A DNA stretch of 64,000 bases from Eledone cirrhosa. Lineage: Eukaryota. Positions 11,051 to 27,836 of this stretch are shown in pieces (positions within the stretch are counted from its first letter, which is position 1; every line of letters starts with the position of its first letter). The translations under genes and the position numbers were made by a program. The stretch lies in contig OZ024743.1 in the NCBI GenBank assembly GCA_964016885.1, positions 251,348,001-251,412,000 on the forward strand, in the 5' to 3' direction. Below the pieces are notes generated by a model that saw only the letters and a list, made by a program, of their open reading frames with translations, ran no database searches and was not told where the DNA came from.

Positions 11051-11130
11051 TATATATAGTCTCAGAAGATCCCGTTAAGGGTGAAAGCAGCAATTCTTTG
11101 CTTAAACTTTAATCTGTTATTTTAATATAT

Positions 11131-11700
11131 ATTTACAAACACACCGAGCATTATAATAAATGTTGGGTGAATCAATATATATGTGTGTATGTATGTATAT
11201 ATATATATATATATACATACTACTGTACGTCTGTATACATATATGTATGTACGTGTACATACTTAGATTTAAGTAACAGCCGTACTAAGAGTGAGAAATG
11301 AAATTTCGTTTCATTTTTTCCGTTTATCGTTTTCGGTACCCCGGCCGATTAACTCACTCGATATGCAAATTAGGCTGCTCAACCGTTAATATGCATAAGG
11401 AAAGTATATACTTTCAGACGTTCAACCATCTGGCAGGAAGGTATACGTTGCTGACGATAACTAATAAGCTTGAAACTAGTACAGCGTTCCTTTGTCAGTG
11501 TTGAACAAATGAGCAACGATGGTTGCTAGACACTGTACGGCTTATTTCGGGATGATTGTTTACAAACACACCGAGAATTATAATAAATGTTCGGTGAATC
11601 CATACGTACATATATATATGTGTGCATGTATGTATATATATATATATACATACTACTGTACGTCTGTATACATATATGTATGTACGTGTACATACTTATA
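11131..11700. repeat. Direct duplication of a ~135-bp segment (11131-11266 and 11558-11700)
   Basis: TTTACAAACACACCGAG..TAATAAATGTT.GGTGAATC..CATACTACTGTACGTCTGTATACATATATGTATGTACGTGTACATACTTA occurs twice. Confidence 0.85.
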
Positions 11701-12240
11701 TATATATATATATACATTCATTTAGGTTTGTTGGTTCACCACTGGATAGATCTGGTCATTCCATATGGTCAACCTCGGTGTAATATTAAGGAGAGCACTC
11801 GACGTAATGTAACTCATCCGTCTTCGTTTGTGTTGTTGGTGGTGCGAGTACGGAGTTAATCATTATAAAATAACAGGAGGCTGGACTGGTGTAATTCCTT
11901 AAAGGTTTATTATACTATGAACATTTCAATGACCGCGTTCAATATGAATCCGGTGACATCATCAGCTATTCGAAATTTAACAAAGGAATATAATCCATGG
12001 GTCTGAAAAGGCAGAGACAAGAAGGCGGCCACACATTTAGCATTTTCTATATATATTAAAGATGAGAAATTAAAGTTTCAATTTAACATATTTTATTTGT
12101 TGTCACACATCACACATAACATGTGTTTCACCAATGACTGGCTCTGAGCCACATGCAGTTACATAATAATTTGGTAACATGCAGCTTGGCTCTATATTCA
12201 ATTCGTTCATTGAATGCAATGTAGATTACAAGAATACATA

Positions 12241-12281
<41 letters not shown>

Positions 12282-12324
12282 TCGAGTATGTGTTGGTTGC
12301 TTACCGACGCTTCAGTATGCAGGT

Positions 12325-12359
<35 letters not shown>

Positions 12360-12921
12360 GCATATATATTTTTTCATACACACACACACGCACACATATA
12401 AATATAGATACGCGCGCGCGTACATAGGGTACAAGTATTCGTTGTAATTCTATTTGATATAAGAATAGATATTTTGAACATTCAGCCAAAGAATATAGAA
12501 TATAATACTGTTTCTCCCTTTCCAAATTCCTCGAGAGCATAATAATAATAATAATAGTAATAATAATAATAATAATAATAATTTCTTTTTTTTTAATATA
12601 TTTTCTTTCTTTTATATATTTTGGGCCCTTGTGGCCATTATAAAACATTATATAATTATTAAAATATTGATAGTAATGCAATAGAAAAAGAATTCCTGGA
12701 GTTTTCTTTTCAGGACATCATCTAGACTTGTGATCCGGGAATCCAGTGATTCAGCATTAATAATTGAGAATGAGGAGATCTATATCTGATCATCTTATAT
12801 CCAGAGGAAATTGGTTCTGAAATAGAAACCAAATATATTTTGGATTAGAATGTTCTTCTTCAGTTCTCTGCTGGACAAACATGAGAGAATTCGTTCTCTA
12901 ATATTTTAGAATTTGTTATTT

Positions 12922-14450
<1,529 letters not shown>

Positions 14451-17400
14451 CATCATCATCATCATCATCATCATTTTACGTCCGCCCTTCCCTGCTTGCA
14501 AGGGTGGGACGGGTCTTATTCAGCACAGCATCTCTCCACTCGTCACGGTCCCTCGTCATCTCCACCGTGAGCTTCAATGATCTGAGGTCTGTTCTCACCA
14601 CCTCCGCCCATGTTTTTCGTGGTCTACCTCTACCACGTCTTCCTTCAACTGGCATTTCCTGGCACTTCTTCACCCATCGGTCATCCTCCATGCGCATCAC
14701 ATGTCCATACCACCTCAGTCTCCTCTCCCGTACACTACATTCTATCCCTCTCAGACACAGTTTCTCTCTCAACACATTTAAGCTGGGTCGTTCACGCACA
14801 TTTACACTGCACATCCAACGGAGCATGCTTGCCTCATTTCTCTCCAGCCGTCGCATATCTTCTGCGGTAGCTGCCCATGTCTCACTACCATGCAGCATCG
14901 CGCTCCTCACACAGGCATCATACAACCGGCCTTTCGTACGCAGGGAGAAACCCTTCTTCGTCAACAGAGGAAGCAGCTCCCTAAACTTCTTCCAACCCGT
15001 CCTTATTCTAGATACTATGGCCTCGGAACACCCTCCTCCCATGCTAATCTGATCTCCTAGGTACCGGAAGCTATCCACCACTTCTATAGCGCCCTCTCGC
15101 ATTTGAAAAATGTGTCTATCAGTGCGACTTCTACTGTCTAATTTCCCTGTACATCTACTGCATACATATTTCTCCCTACCTGTTAGTTTGCCTGCTATCC
15201 CGCTACATCTCTTGTGTACCCAGGACCTACATTGTGTGCATTTTATAGAATTTATGCCAGTTCCTTTTCTGCATATCGAACATGGCCATTTCCCTGACGG
15301 AATCAGGGTTTTGTCCTCTTTTCTACTCATCAACACTTTTGTCTTAGCTAGATTTACTCTCAGTCCTCTTGCTTCCAACTGCTGTTTCCATAGCCGGAAT
15401 TTATTCTCTAGCTCCTCTACTGATTCTGCCATAAGAGCCAGATCGTCAGCATAGAGAAGTTCCCATGGACAGCCAGTCTTAAACTCCTCTGTTATGGCTT
15501 GGAGGACTATAATGAACAAGAGCGGGCTGAGGACCGAACCCTGATGTACTCCTACTTGTATCTGGAATTCCTCACTAAACTCCATTCCTACCCTGACTTT
15601 ACTGAGAGTACCTCTGTACAAAGTTTGCACTGTCCTTACAAGCCATTCCTCAACACCCAGCTTCCTTAGGGACCACCAGATGACAGATCGGGGTACCCTA
15701 TCAAAGGCCTTCTCTAGGTCAACAAAGGCTAAGTATAGTGGCTTATTCTTCTCTAAGAACCTCTCTTGCATTTGTCTCACCAAGAAGAGGGCATCTGTTG
15801 TACTCTTCCCAGGCACAAAACCAAACTGCATCTCATCTAGTTTGACCCTTTCTCTAATTAGTTGTGCTAGAATCCTTTCTGCCACTTTCATAACCTGATC
15901 TATCAGTTTTATACCCCTATAATTGCTCCTCTCCAAAGCATCCCCTTTACCTTTGTAGCAATTTATGAGAATACTGCTGCACCAGTCTTTGGGTATGACA
16001 CCACCATATATAGCCTGATTGATTATGCGTGCAACCAGTTTAGTGCCTACGTCCCCTGATGCCTTCAGCATCTCAGCAACTATTCCCGATGGTCCGGCCG
16101 CCTTACCATTTTTCATTTCCCTAATCGCCTCTTGGACCCTATATTCGTCAATCTCAATAGCTGGTCCCTCTGTCGGATCTACCAAGGGTAATTTCTCTCT
16201 CTCCCATTCGTTCTCCACATTCATCAGTCTCTCATAATGACATTTCCAGGCCTCCTTTTTCTGGTCATTCGTGACACTAAGTACACCGGCATCATCCCGG
16301 ACACATTTATCACCAACAACATCCTGGTTTGCATTGACACACTGCCTTGCAATGTGGAACACCGCACGCCTCTGATCTTCCCGTCGCAGAACATTGGCAA
16401 ACCTCCTACTCTCTGCCTCCCTGCGTGCTAAGTACACCTGACGTCTAGCTTCTCTCTTAGTGGCTGTATATTCTTCCCTACTCCCACCCTTATTCCAAGC
16501 CTTCCATGCTAGTCTTTTGTCTCTAATAGCCTTATCTACACTGCTGTTCCACCACCAGGTCACTCTCTGTCTGGTTGGAGCTCTGCTCCAGCCACAGGTT
16601 TCATCAGTAGCCTTCAGCAAGTTGTCACGTAAGAACTTCCAGTTATTATCTATGTCATACGTCTCTAAATCGTCTTCTTTTTCGTCATATACATCTTGAA
16701 GGGCTTTCCTAAATTTGAATTTTAGTGAAAGGTCTTTTAGCTTCCAGACCTTTCTTCTCCACACCTTCCTATATGTCTCATTCCATCTCTTGCTTACTGA
16801 GATATCACTAACAACTAACCTATGCTGTGGGGTACATTCTTCCCCAGGGTATGCCTTGGTATTAGACACTATCTGCCTGTCCCGCTGCCTAACTAGCAGG
16901 AAGTCAATCTGGCGTATGTGCTCACCAGATTTGTAGGTTATTAGGTGATTGGCAGGTTTCTGGAAGTTTGTGTTGCAAATAGTCAATGTACTTGCATCAC
17001 AAAATTCAAGAAGTCTCACTCCTTCTTCATTTCTTGAACCGTAACCGTGCCCACCATGTACCCCAGTGTAACCATCCTGGAGCTGTCCAACATGACCATT
17101 GAAGTCTCCTGCTAGCATAACGATGTCTCCGTCCTCTGTCATTGTGGTTGTTTGCAAAAGTTGCTCATAAAAGCAGTCTTTCTCATCTTTGCCTAGGCCT
17201 GCTTGGGGAGCATAGACCGAGATGATTGTCAGTAGTCTCCTACCTACAACTAATCTAAGCTTAATTATTCGATTACTAACTCGAACTACCTCTATTGTCT
17301 TATTGATCCATTTCTCAGCCAGGAAAATGCCTACTCCCCCTAACCCATCATCCTTACCTACCCAGAATAGCTTATAGCTAAGACGCTTGCCTACGACTAG

Positions 17401-17736
17401 TCTCGCAGAGGCACCCCTCCATCTCACCTCTTGCACGCAGCACACATCCACCTGCCTTCTCTCCAGCATCTCCGCTATTTCAGCAGACCTACCTCTGAGA
17501 GTGCCAACATTAAGTGTTGCAACTCTGAGATGCGACGTCTTCATATTTTTCTATGCTGTTTTGTTGCTGTGCTGATAAGCTTTTTGGCATTGATACACTG
17601 GTTGGATGCCCTTCCTAACACCAGCGCCACTTTACAGCATGGACTGGGTGCTTTTATTTGTGCCACCAGCACTAGAGAGGATGTCTTACTAGACTCAAGG
17701 GCCCTCTCTACCCCTCCATTTTACAGCATGGTCATT
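14451..17736 (-). mobile_element. Full-length RTE-clade non-LTR retrotransposon (here RTE-1)
   Basis: ~190-bp 5' UTR with GGTGTTAGGAAGGGCATCC motif, single intact ORF, (TGA)n 3' tail; no TSD discernible. Confidence 0.93.
14476..17544 (-). CDS. RTE ORF: APE endonuclease + reverse transcriptase with inserted PHD-type zinc finger (1022 aa)
   Basis: APE motifs [27 protein letters not shown]; RT motifs [41 protein letters not shown]; RTE C-terminus [20 protein letters not shown]; no stops. Confidence 0.96.
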   Translation of the reverse strand: MKTSHLRVATLNVGTLRGRSAEIAEMLERRQVDVCCVQEVRWRGASARLVVGKRLSYKLFWVGKDDGLGGVGIFLAEKWINKTIEVVRVSNRIIKLRLVVGRRLLTIISVYAPQAGLGKDEKDCFYEQLLQTTTMTEDGDIVMLAGDFNGHVGQLQDGYTGVHGGHGYGSRNEEGVRLLEFCDASTLTICNTNFQKPANHLITYKSGEHIRQIDFLLVRQRDRQIVSNTKAYPGEECTPQHRLVVSDISVSKRWNETYRKVWRRKVWKLKDLSLKFKFRKALQDVYDEKEDDLETYDIDNNWKFLRDNLLKATDETCGWSRAPTRQRVTWWWNSSVDKAIRDKRLAWKAWNKGGSREEYTATKREARRQVYLARREAESRRFANVLRREDQRRAVFHIARQCVNANQDVVGDKCVRDDAGVLSVTNDQKKEAWKCHYERLMNVENEWEREKLPLVDPTEGPAIEIDEYRVQEAIREMKNGKAAGPSGIVAEMLKASGDVGTKLVARIINQAIYGGVIPKDWCSSILINCYKGKGDALERSNYRGIKLIDQVMKVAERILAQLIRERVKLDEMQFGFVPGKSTTDALFLVRQMQERFLEKNKPLYLAFVDLEKAFDRVPRSVIWWSLRKLGVEEWLVRTVQTLYRGTLSKVRVGMEFSEEFQIQVGVHQGSVLSPLLFIIVLQAITEEFKTGCPWELLYADDLALMAESVEELENKFRLWKQQLEARGLRVNLAKTKVLMSRKEDKTLIPSGKWPCSICRKGTGINSIKCTQCRSWVHKRCSGIAGKLTGREKYVCSRCTGKLDSRSRTDRHIFQMREGAIEVVDSFRYLGDQISMGGGCSEAIVSRIRTGWKKFRELLPLLTKKGFSLRTKGRLYDACVRSAMLHGSETWAATAEDMRRLERNEASMLRWMCSVNVRERPSLNVLREKLCLRGIECSVRERRLRWYGHVMRMEDDRWVKKCQEMPVEGRRGRGRPRKTWAEVVRTDLRSLKLTVEMTRDRDEWRDAVLNKTRPTLASREGRT

Positions 17737-18175
17737 AAAAAAAAAAAAAAAAAAAAAAAAAGGAAACTTATTGACACGACTCACACACTAATACTCATGC
17801 ATACAAACCACAACCACACATACCAACACTCATTCATGCATACAATCACGCACACCACTCACAAACATATATATATATACATATATTACCGACAGTACTG
17901 ATACAAAATCAAAATCAAAATCAAAATCGTCAAAATCACTATCATGTCAACTGTTGACCTTTCCCAGTCCAGTTCGGCTTGTATATAATAACAATAACAA
18001 TAATAATTGTTTGTTTACGCTGGTAATGGCGGTGGTGGATGGTGTCAGTGTGGTGGTGGTGGATGGTATCAGCGTGGTGGTGGTGGATGGTCAGTGATGG
18101 TGGTGGCAGTTGTTGGTGCTGTAGTTGTTATTGTAGTTGTTACTGTTGTTGTTGTCCTTCATTTCACTGCTGCAC

Positions 18176-19640
<1,465 letters not shown>

Positions 19641-22534
19641 ACAATATTTTATATTTGGAGGGTTTTAAGCATGCGGCATTACTAATAATTTTATTTCTGT
19701 TGGACTTTTCTGTATATTGAATACATAAATACAAACGCTCATGCATGAGCATGCACAAGTATACTCATACATATATATATATATGCACATATATAAATAC
19801 ATATATATACACGCAAATGTACACATATATATGCATACATCTGCATGTATGCACACATGTAAACATATATATATACACCCATATATATATATGAGTGTGC
19901 TCACATACATGTAAACATTTATATATATATTTTCATATATATACATATATATATATATACATATATGTATATATATATATATACACACACACATATATTT
20001 GCGAAACAAATTAGACTGTTTGTTCATGTTTGTGTTTGTCTTGTTATTTATATATATATATGTGTGTGTGTTTATGTGTGTGTGTGTGTTTATGTGTGTG
20101 TGTGTGTGTTTATGTATCTGTGTGTGTTTATGAATCTGTGTCTGTGTATATATATGTATATGCGTATATGTATATATGCATGTGCAGGTATATTCATATA
20201 AATATGGTGTATGTTTGTATATATATGTGTGCATAACAAAAAAGAAGTCAGAAGACTCCTAAAAATTAAATTAATAATGTTGATTATGACAATGATGATA
20301 ATGTTGATGGTGTTGATGATGATAGTGTATGTGGTACAGTAACCAGATGTTTTAGTGCACTCAACTTAATTGAAACTAAAAACTTCAGCAAATACCAAGA
20401 AATCCTTCATTTCTGTTACAACCCCCCCCCCCCCCCACCACCACCAAACCTCATGCATATATCTGCTACTGCTTTTACCACCACTACAACACACCTCCAG
20501 TATGACTACCACCACTTCTCACCAACTATCACCAAAAACTTCCCTTCATTGCTTACTTTTCTCTCCTAACCCCAGAACCACCAACAGCACCAATACCACC
20601 ACTACCACCACTACACACTACCACCACCACTACCACCACTTCACACCACTACCACCATTTCACACCACCACTATCACCAAAAACTTCCCTTTATTGCTTA
20701 CTTTTCTCTCCTAAGACCACAACCACCAACACCACCACTACCATCATTACACACCACCACCACTACACACCACCACCATTACGCCCCACCACCATTACGC
20801 CCCACTGCTACTACGCACCACCTCCACTACACACCACCAAAACACTTCCTTACTTACTCCCCCCTTCCCCCCAATTTCCACCAATTGACTGGATTTATGA
20901 TGCAAGGTGATTCTTATAACTTACATCTGTGTTTAGATAGGAAATAAAGAGGGTTTATATAGCAAACAAATGGGTGTGTGCAGGGCTGTATTATTGATCC
21001 AATATACCTTCTACTCCCTCCCAGTATGAGCAATATCGATCTGGAAATGGAGGGTGGTGGTGGGGCATCAAAGGGTGGGGATGGGGTTATATCTGAAGAT
21101 TTTGTTCTTTTTCAATAGCAATATTAGGGAAGTCCTGAATTAGGGACACATGTTGGAAATAATAGAAGACTGTGGTGAAAGCTATTGAGATAAGGGACGG
21201 GACTGTGTGTGTATGCATAGGAAGGAGGTGGTGGGCCAGTATGTGTTGGGGGAAGTGGGGTATCTATATATGTGTGGGGAGGAGGATATGTCCATGTGTG
21301 TGGTGAAGAGGGTTGGATGTGTAGGGGGATTAGGAGGTGTGTATATGGAGGATTAGGGGTGGCTGTGTATGTGTGTGGGTGAAGGGGTATCTGTGTATTG
21401 TCAGAAGGAAGGGGGCAGGATTTGTGGAGTTAGTTGGTCTGTGTGGGAGGGGGTCGCTCTGTGTGTGTGTAGTAATATGTCTGTATATGTGTAATGGGTA
21501 TCTGTGTTGTGTGTGTTATGTGTGTGAACGGTTGTATTTTTCCGTGTGTATTTGTTGTATATGTTTGTGGATGTGGGACATGTTATGTATATGTGTATAT
21601 ATACACACAGACACACACACATATATATATACACACACACATATTTACATATATATATATACACACACACATATATAAACACATATATACACATATACAT
21701 ATATATATATATTCACACATATATACATATATATACACACACACACACACATATATATATATACACACACATATATACATATATACACACACACACATAT
21801 ATATATACACACACATATATATACACACACACACACACATATATACACACACACTCACACACACATATGTGTGTGTATGTGTGTGTGTGTGTGAGAGAGA
21901 GAAATAAATTAATGAACTCACCAGTGGCAACTGTTTGTTCATGAGATTAGTGCCCAAGCTCAACAAAATCTACTCTATTGTTGCTGTTGCTGCTTTTGGG
22001 CAGGGATATCTATCCTATTCTGTCTTCTTCCATCTCCTCCTCCTGCAGAGCATTGGACAAACTGCCTTGCAATATTTGGTTACAGCTTTCTACATTCTGT
22101 GTTCAAATTTTGCTCATGTCAGCTTTGTTTTTTATCCTTCTAATGCTGATATAAAGTACCTGTTAAATGCTAGGGTAAATATAATAACTTTCCCCTTACC
22201 CCAAATAGCAGGCCTTGTGCTAATGTTTATTATTATTTTTTTTTGTTATTGGATCTTGATTGATTCTCAGTGCTGTGTGCATTGACGTGTGTATACACAA
22301 ATGACTATATGTATGCATTCACATATTTTCCCTCACCCATCACACAGACACGCCATTACATGCCACCAGCTCACACATACTCAATTATACACACATCCAC
22401 AAACACAGAGAAACATATACCAACCACCACAACAACACTAACAACTGTAAGCACCTTACTTATCCACTATATATGAATATAGTTCAAGAATAAACAAGGC
22501 AAAAACAGATGCAAACATGGTCTTATTAGTTTCA

Positions 22535-23140
22535 TGCTTATATACAGCTATGGTACGACCACATTGGAATTTGCATCTGGAATCCCTATCTTGCTCAGAA
22601 CATTGACTTCCTGGAAACTGTTCAGAGATGTGCAACCGAGCGCATACCCTCTATCAGACACCTACCATACTCTGAACGCCTTGCTTCCCTGGGCATGGAT
22701 TCATTGAAGCTCCGATGTCTGGCAATGGACTTGGTAAACACCCACAAAGTTATTAACCATCTCACCAACAACAACCCTGAGCACCTTTTTGATCTCCATT
22801 TGTCTAACACACGTGGACGTGCCTACAAAATCAGAAAATAGCACAACTCTCATGACTTTCGGAAACATTTTTTCACGCCTAGAGTTGCTGAAGCATGGAA
22901 CAAACTGCCTGCGTCAGCTGTTAGCTGCCGAGACACTGCATCCTTTAAAACCCTCATGCTTCCCAAAATTCGCAAAAACTACACCTGATGTACCCCTTCC
23001 ATACACATCGTGACTCATGCACTGTTCATTTTCCTGACATTAGTACATTACCCTATGTACTATACATACACTTTTTGATGAGTTGTAGTGCACCTGAGCA
23101 CTGTACACAATATTTTCATTATTATTATTATTATTATTTA
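22535..23140 (+). mobile_element. 5'-truncated CR1-type LINE 3' fragment (degenerate)
   Basis: Translates YTAMVRPHLEFAS..NPYLAQNIDFLETVQRCAT..LPYSERLASLG..NTRGRAYKIRK..RKHFFTPRVAEAWNKLP, the typical CR1 ORF2 C-terminus; (ATT)n tail. Confidence 0.85.
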
Positions 23141-23215
23141 TACAGGGTGCAACAAAATACCTCCCACATTTTAAGGGTTGACCGTGTAAAATAGGGGAGG
23201 TTTTTCTGCTACCCC

Positions 23216-23259
<44 letters not shown>

Positions 23260-23495
23260 TATATATATATATACACATTATATATATAGATATCAGTAGA
23301 AGCAGCATTGGTTACATGGGTTGTCATAAAGGGGTATGACAAGCAGATCAGATGACTGTGTCTTGCTCATACGTTACATCAAGGCATGTTTCTATGACTG
23401 GATGCCCTTCCTAACACCAACCATTTCAGGGTGTTTGTATGTGTAATGATTGTACATGTACATGAATGTCACCACATTCATGCTTGTGAATAAGT

Positions 23496-23667
23496 TTTAG
23501 GCGAGGTGGTCGTCAGTCATCCCGTCTAATTGGATATTGGTTTACTGGCACATAGTCAAACAAGGAAGAAGGAACATACCTCAATATTATGTTATAGAAA
23601 CATTTTTTAATAGGAGCAATTACAGAATATATTCAAATACATTAGTGCTCCTAGGCTGGGATATATA
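23496..23667 (-). repeat. 3' LTR, truncated (its 5' half and the PPT are deleted)
   Basis: Matches only the distal ~170 bp of the 5' LTR, then joins directly to integrase C-terminal sequence. Confidence 0.85.
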
Positions 23668-23669
23668 TA

Positions 23670-26600
23670 TCTGTGTCCAAATGTGGTCGTTTGAGTCTAT
23701 CAATTGAAACCGTCTCTCTGGAAACCTTAATGTCTACAGTGAAATGTTTCTCTGAACGAGCTAATACACGGTAGGGTCCAGAGTATGGTTGTGTGAGAGG
23801 TGGTTTCATGGCATCGTTGCTCACAAACACATGGGTCCACGAGGCAATATCCCTCGGGACTGCAAATTATACAGTTTGCTTCCTCGTATCCATCGGCGGC
23901 AGGTCATGAAAATAAGAACGCAGACGGAACACGTAGGAAAGCGGATCCTGTTCAGCAAGATCGACAGGGGCAAGCATTTGCCCAGGTAACGCTAGAGGAG
24001 TACCATATAACAATTCGGCCGGGGAGAACCCAAGGTCCTCCTTTATTGTTGACCGAATCCCCAACAACACAATAGGGAGGTACTCGCTCCAGCGCGTAGA
24101 GTCAGGAGAAGTCCGTAGAGCGGCTTTCAGTTGTCGGTGGAACCGCTCCACCATTCCATTAGAGGCAGGATGATATGCAGTAGTTCGGATGCGTTTAGCG
24201 CCGATGATCTTCGTTAATTCATGGAAGTTCGATTCAAACTGCCTTCCACGGTCCGTGGTAATTGATGTTGGCACTCCATATCGAGCGATCCATCCAGACA
24301 CAAGGGCACGCGCTGTGGTCTCAGCAGTGATATCCCTCAAGGGGATGGCTTCAGGCCATAGCGAAAAACGATCGATTACCGTCAATAACTAATTGTAGCC
24401 ACCGCTGATGGGCCAAGGTCCCACGATGTCCACATGAATGTGGCGAAACCGGGCGTCCGGGTTACTAAAGGTACCAAGAGGAGTCTTAATATGTCTATGA
24501 ACTTTCGATTTCTGGCAAGCAACACAGGAACGGCACCAGACAGTAATTTCACGTCTCATATTTGGCCAGAAGAATCTAGCCGTTATGAGTTTTACTGTGG
24601 CAGAAGATCCAGGATGTGAAATGCCGTGCAAAACAAGAAACACAGTTCGACGATGGTTCAACGGAACAAAATGGCGTGGCGCATCCAAAGAGACGTCGCA
24701 GAGGATCCGTCCGTCTGTGGTCGGTAAAGGTAGGTATTTCATCCTGCAATTCACAAATTCAGGTGATGTAACATGCAACGATTCGAGGGTAGGCTGATCG
24801 GATGCCAAGCGATTCAAATCTATGTCATCGGACGACGAGATCGAAGTTATCGGTAAACGAGACAGGGCGTCGGCCGCTGTATTCATGTAACCCGGAATAT
24901 GTTGAATATCATTTGTAAACTGAGAGATGAGGTCGAGATGTCTAGTTTCTCTAGGTGAGTATTAGTCTGCCTTTGCTTGCAAGGCGAATGTCAACGGCTT
25001 GTGGTCCGTGAAGATGGTAAACGTTCTTCCCTGAAGTATGTGCGAAAAATGTTTCACCGATAAATATATTGCTAGCAACTCCCGTCCAAAGGTGCCGTAG
25101 CTGGTTTCGGCAGGTTTCAGCTTCCTGGAGAAAAATTCCAACGGTTGCTGTTGATCGTTCCTACTTTGTTGCAAAATTGTGCCCCCGGCAGTAGCCGACG
25201 CATCAACACAAAGCGAAAGCTTAGCGTTGGACACTGGGTGAGTCAGCAAAGATGCATTGGCTAGAGCAATTTTAGCACTCTCAAAATCCTGGAGCTGAGT
25301 TTCATTCAAAGAAATGTCATTATTTTTCTTTCGGCAATTTTTCAAAATGTCCGTCAAAGAGAAGAGTAGCTTAGCACAATTAGGCACAAACCGCCTATAA
25401 CAATTAATCAGTCCCAAGAATTGGCGCAACTGACGAAGTGAGGTTGGTGGAGGCAAATCCTCTATAGATTTAACCCTCTCAGGAATAGGTCGAATACCGT
25501 CAGAGTCAATGACGTGACCCAAAAAATTCAAAGATTCGGAACCAAAAACACATTTTGATGAATTAATCCGAACATTGTAATTCTTCAAACGACAAAATAG
25601 AAGTTCCAGATGGTGCAAATGCTGCTCTGGAGAAGAGCTCGCAACAAGAAGGTCATCAATGTAGGTGTATACAAAGTCGAGGCCGCGAGTGACCTCATCC
25701 ATAAAACGCTGGAAGGTGCTAGCAGCATTCCTTAACCCGAAAGGCATGGTGAGAAATTCGAAAGATCCAAATGGCGTAGTTATAGCCGTTTTCGGGATGT
25801 CGTCTCTATTGACAGGAATTTGGTTGTAGGCTCGTATCAAATCGAGCTTCGAAAAAATGTTGCAACCTTGCAACGAGTATGTAAAATCCTGCAGATGAGG
25901 GATAGGATACCGATCCGGTACGGTCATCGAGTTGAATCTTCTATAATCTCCAGTGGGTCTCCAATCTCCAGAAGATTTTGGCACCATATGTAATGGAGAT
26001 GCCCACGGGCTCGTGGAAGGACGAATAATTCCGAGCTGTAGCATATGATCGAACTCGGACCGTGCTGCTTTCAGTTTCTCCGCTGGCAATCGACGGGGAC
26101 GCGAAAAAACCGGAGTGCCAGTTGTAATAATAAAATGCTCCGTGGCGTGGCCTGGATCAGTGACTCTAAAATGTTCATGAGTCAGTTGCGGGAACGATTC
26201 CAACAGTCCATGATATGAGTTTCCGGAGTTAGCAACGAAGAAAGTCGGGCTAACTGTAGAAAATTCCGCCGTCCTGCCACAAAGAGAAAAACCAGTAATA
26301 TCGTCAATCAGGCGTTGGTGACGAACGTCCACCGTAAAAAAAAAAATGGTGCAGAAAGTACGCACCCCAAATCAGGTATGGCAGATCAGCAACAGTGAAA
26401 ACCCATTTGAAATCCCGACGAAGATTTCGGAACTGAAGAGGAAGCGAGATCTGTCCAAAAGTTCTGATTGTTGACTGGTTGACAGCTTGCAATTCAATCG
26501 ACGACTCAGGAGGAGTTACTGTCATAGTATTAACACTACACGAAGCTCCTGTGTCCACTAGGAAGGCTCTTCCAGACAGGAGGTCCTCAATGAAGAAATG
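23670..26600 (-). pseudogene. pol: Gypsy pol (protease, RT, RNase H, integrase) with stops and frameshifts
   Basis: FLVDTGAS protease; [26 protein letters not shown]; DAS..RELLAIY..FTDHKPL RNase H; H-X3-H..C-X2-C and [26 protein letters not shown] integrase. Confidence 0.93.
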
Positions 26601-26638
26601 GCGGTTCCGTTTTGTCTCGCAGAGTTCACTTGCCGCCT

Positions 26639-27417
26639 TTAGTGACTCTGGTCCACATTTCCCGAGGCCGAATAATTACAGGGAGGCCGGCAATGATTTG
26701 CCTTATCCGCGAAGGTAGCATGATACCAGCACAATGATGGGTTGCTGGCAGGCGAAGTAGTACGCCGACGTGGAGTCTCGGAAGAAAGCGAACGACTCCT
26801 AGGCCGCCGGGAATACGGCCTATTCTCCCTGCATAATCGAGCGACTTCCTGCGTCAAAGCGTCAATAGCCTTCAACATGGCATCCTCGCGTGTCGAGACG
26901 GGCTGGTTCAAATGAGAGGAAACAATACGCGAGTCCGAGGCGGTAGCCTTTCTAGAAAATTCCACGATTCGATCCCCGGAGGCGGCAATTTGCTCCAAAG
27001 AGCTGGTGTCCACAAAATAATTTGGACGTTGTTTGGCAGGCGAGAGAAAAATAATTTTTTTATAAAGGAATTATCCTGTTTGGGCGATTCACTGAGGTCC
27101 CTAATGTGGCGCAAAATTTCGGACGCCGACCTATCGCCTAGACACTTGTCTGCCAACAATGAACAAAATCTGCTTTCAGCAGAACGACTGTTCCTTCGAA
27201 GAATTTCTTCCCGCAACGAATCATAGGAAATACCGGCCGACGGGTTCGTAATCAAATTTTTCATTGTTATAGCGAGTGAAAAAGGAATACCACTTATTAA
27301 AAAGTTGAGCTTCTGCTCGGTTTTTACTTCGTTGGCAGCGAAATAAGCGTCGAGCTGCGCAAACCAGAGCTTAGTATCACCTGAGAACGCAGGCAAACCA
27401 GGACCACTCATCGTCAA
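26639..27417 (-). pseudogene. gag: Gypsy gag (frameshifted near 27010)
   Basis: LPAFSGDTKLWFAQLDAYF.. in one frame, then ..SLEQIA..CWYHATFADKANHCRPPC in another. Confidence 0.85.
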
Positions 27418-27817
27418 TCTATTTTCACATGGACGAATAAAAGTAAGTAATGTTCAAAACGACGGGAAAATAGCACAATTTTCCCCCAACATCCATAAAG
27501 TTGCCGCAAGCAAAAGAAATTCAGTCACAGTACAAGAAATAGCAGCGAAAATCCGAAGGGTGGTATTTGTGAATCAAGATAGTCATTATGAAACAAGATG
27601 GCGTCGCATTTATTTACCAAAACAAGGATATGGTCGCGTGACGAGGCTAAGCCAATCAGATGGTTGCATTTGAAGAAGAAAGACAATGTGCGGGAATGTT
27701 AGCTGGCCAGTCAGCCATTGTGAAAAAAAAAAAACTTTCTTTTTTTTTTTTGTATAAGACGAACAATTTACAATTTAAAACGAATGGCGAAATTAAGTAG
27801 GCGGCGTTTTCATACTT

Positions 27818-27835
27818 AATCATCGAGGGTCACCA
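27818..27835 (-). promoter_or_regulatory. Primer-binding site, tRNA-Trp-like
   Basis: TGGTGACCCTCGATGATT lies 1 nt after the LTR and resembles the tRNA-Trp PBS TGGTGACCCCGACGTGAT. Confidence 0.8.
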
Positions 27836-27836
27836 C

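Noticed and set aside
12705-12790. Possible terminal exon after TTTTCTTTCAG (also acceptor-like sites at 56474 and 56653)
   Set aside because: Short, no recognisable protein, no linked exons
16815-16845. APE motif reads PQH instead of canonical SDH, suggesting an inactive endonuclease
   Set aside because: QH variants are common in RTE-clade endonucleases; not evidence of inactivation
23142-23220. Tiny Tc1-like MITE (CAGGG..CCCTG)
   Set aside because: Inverted repeat short and imperfect; TSD not clean
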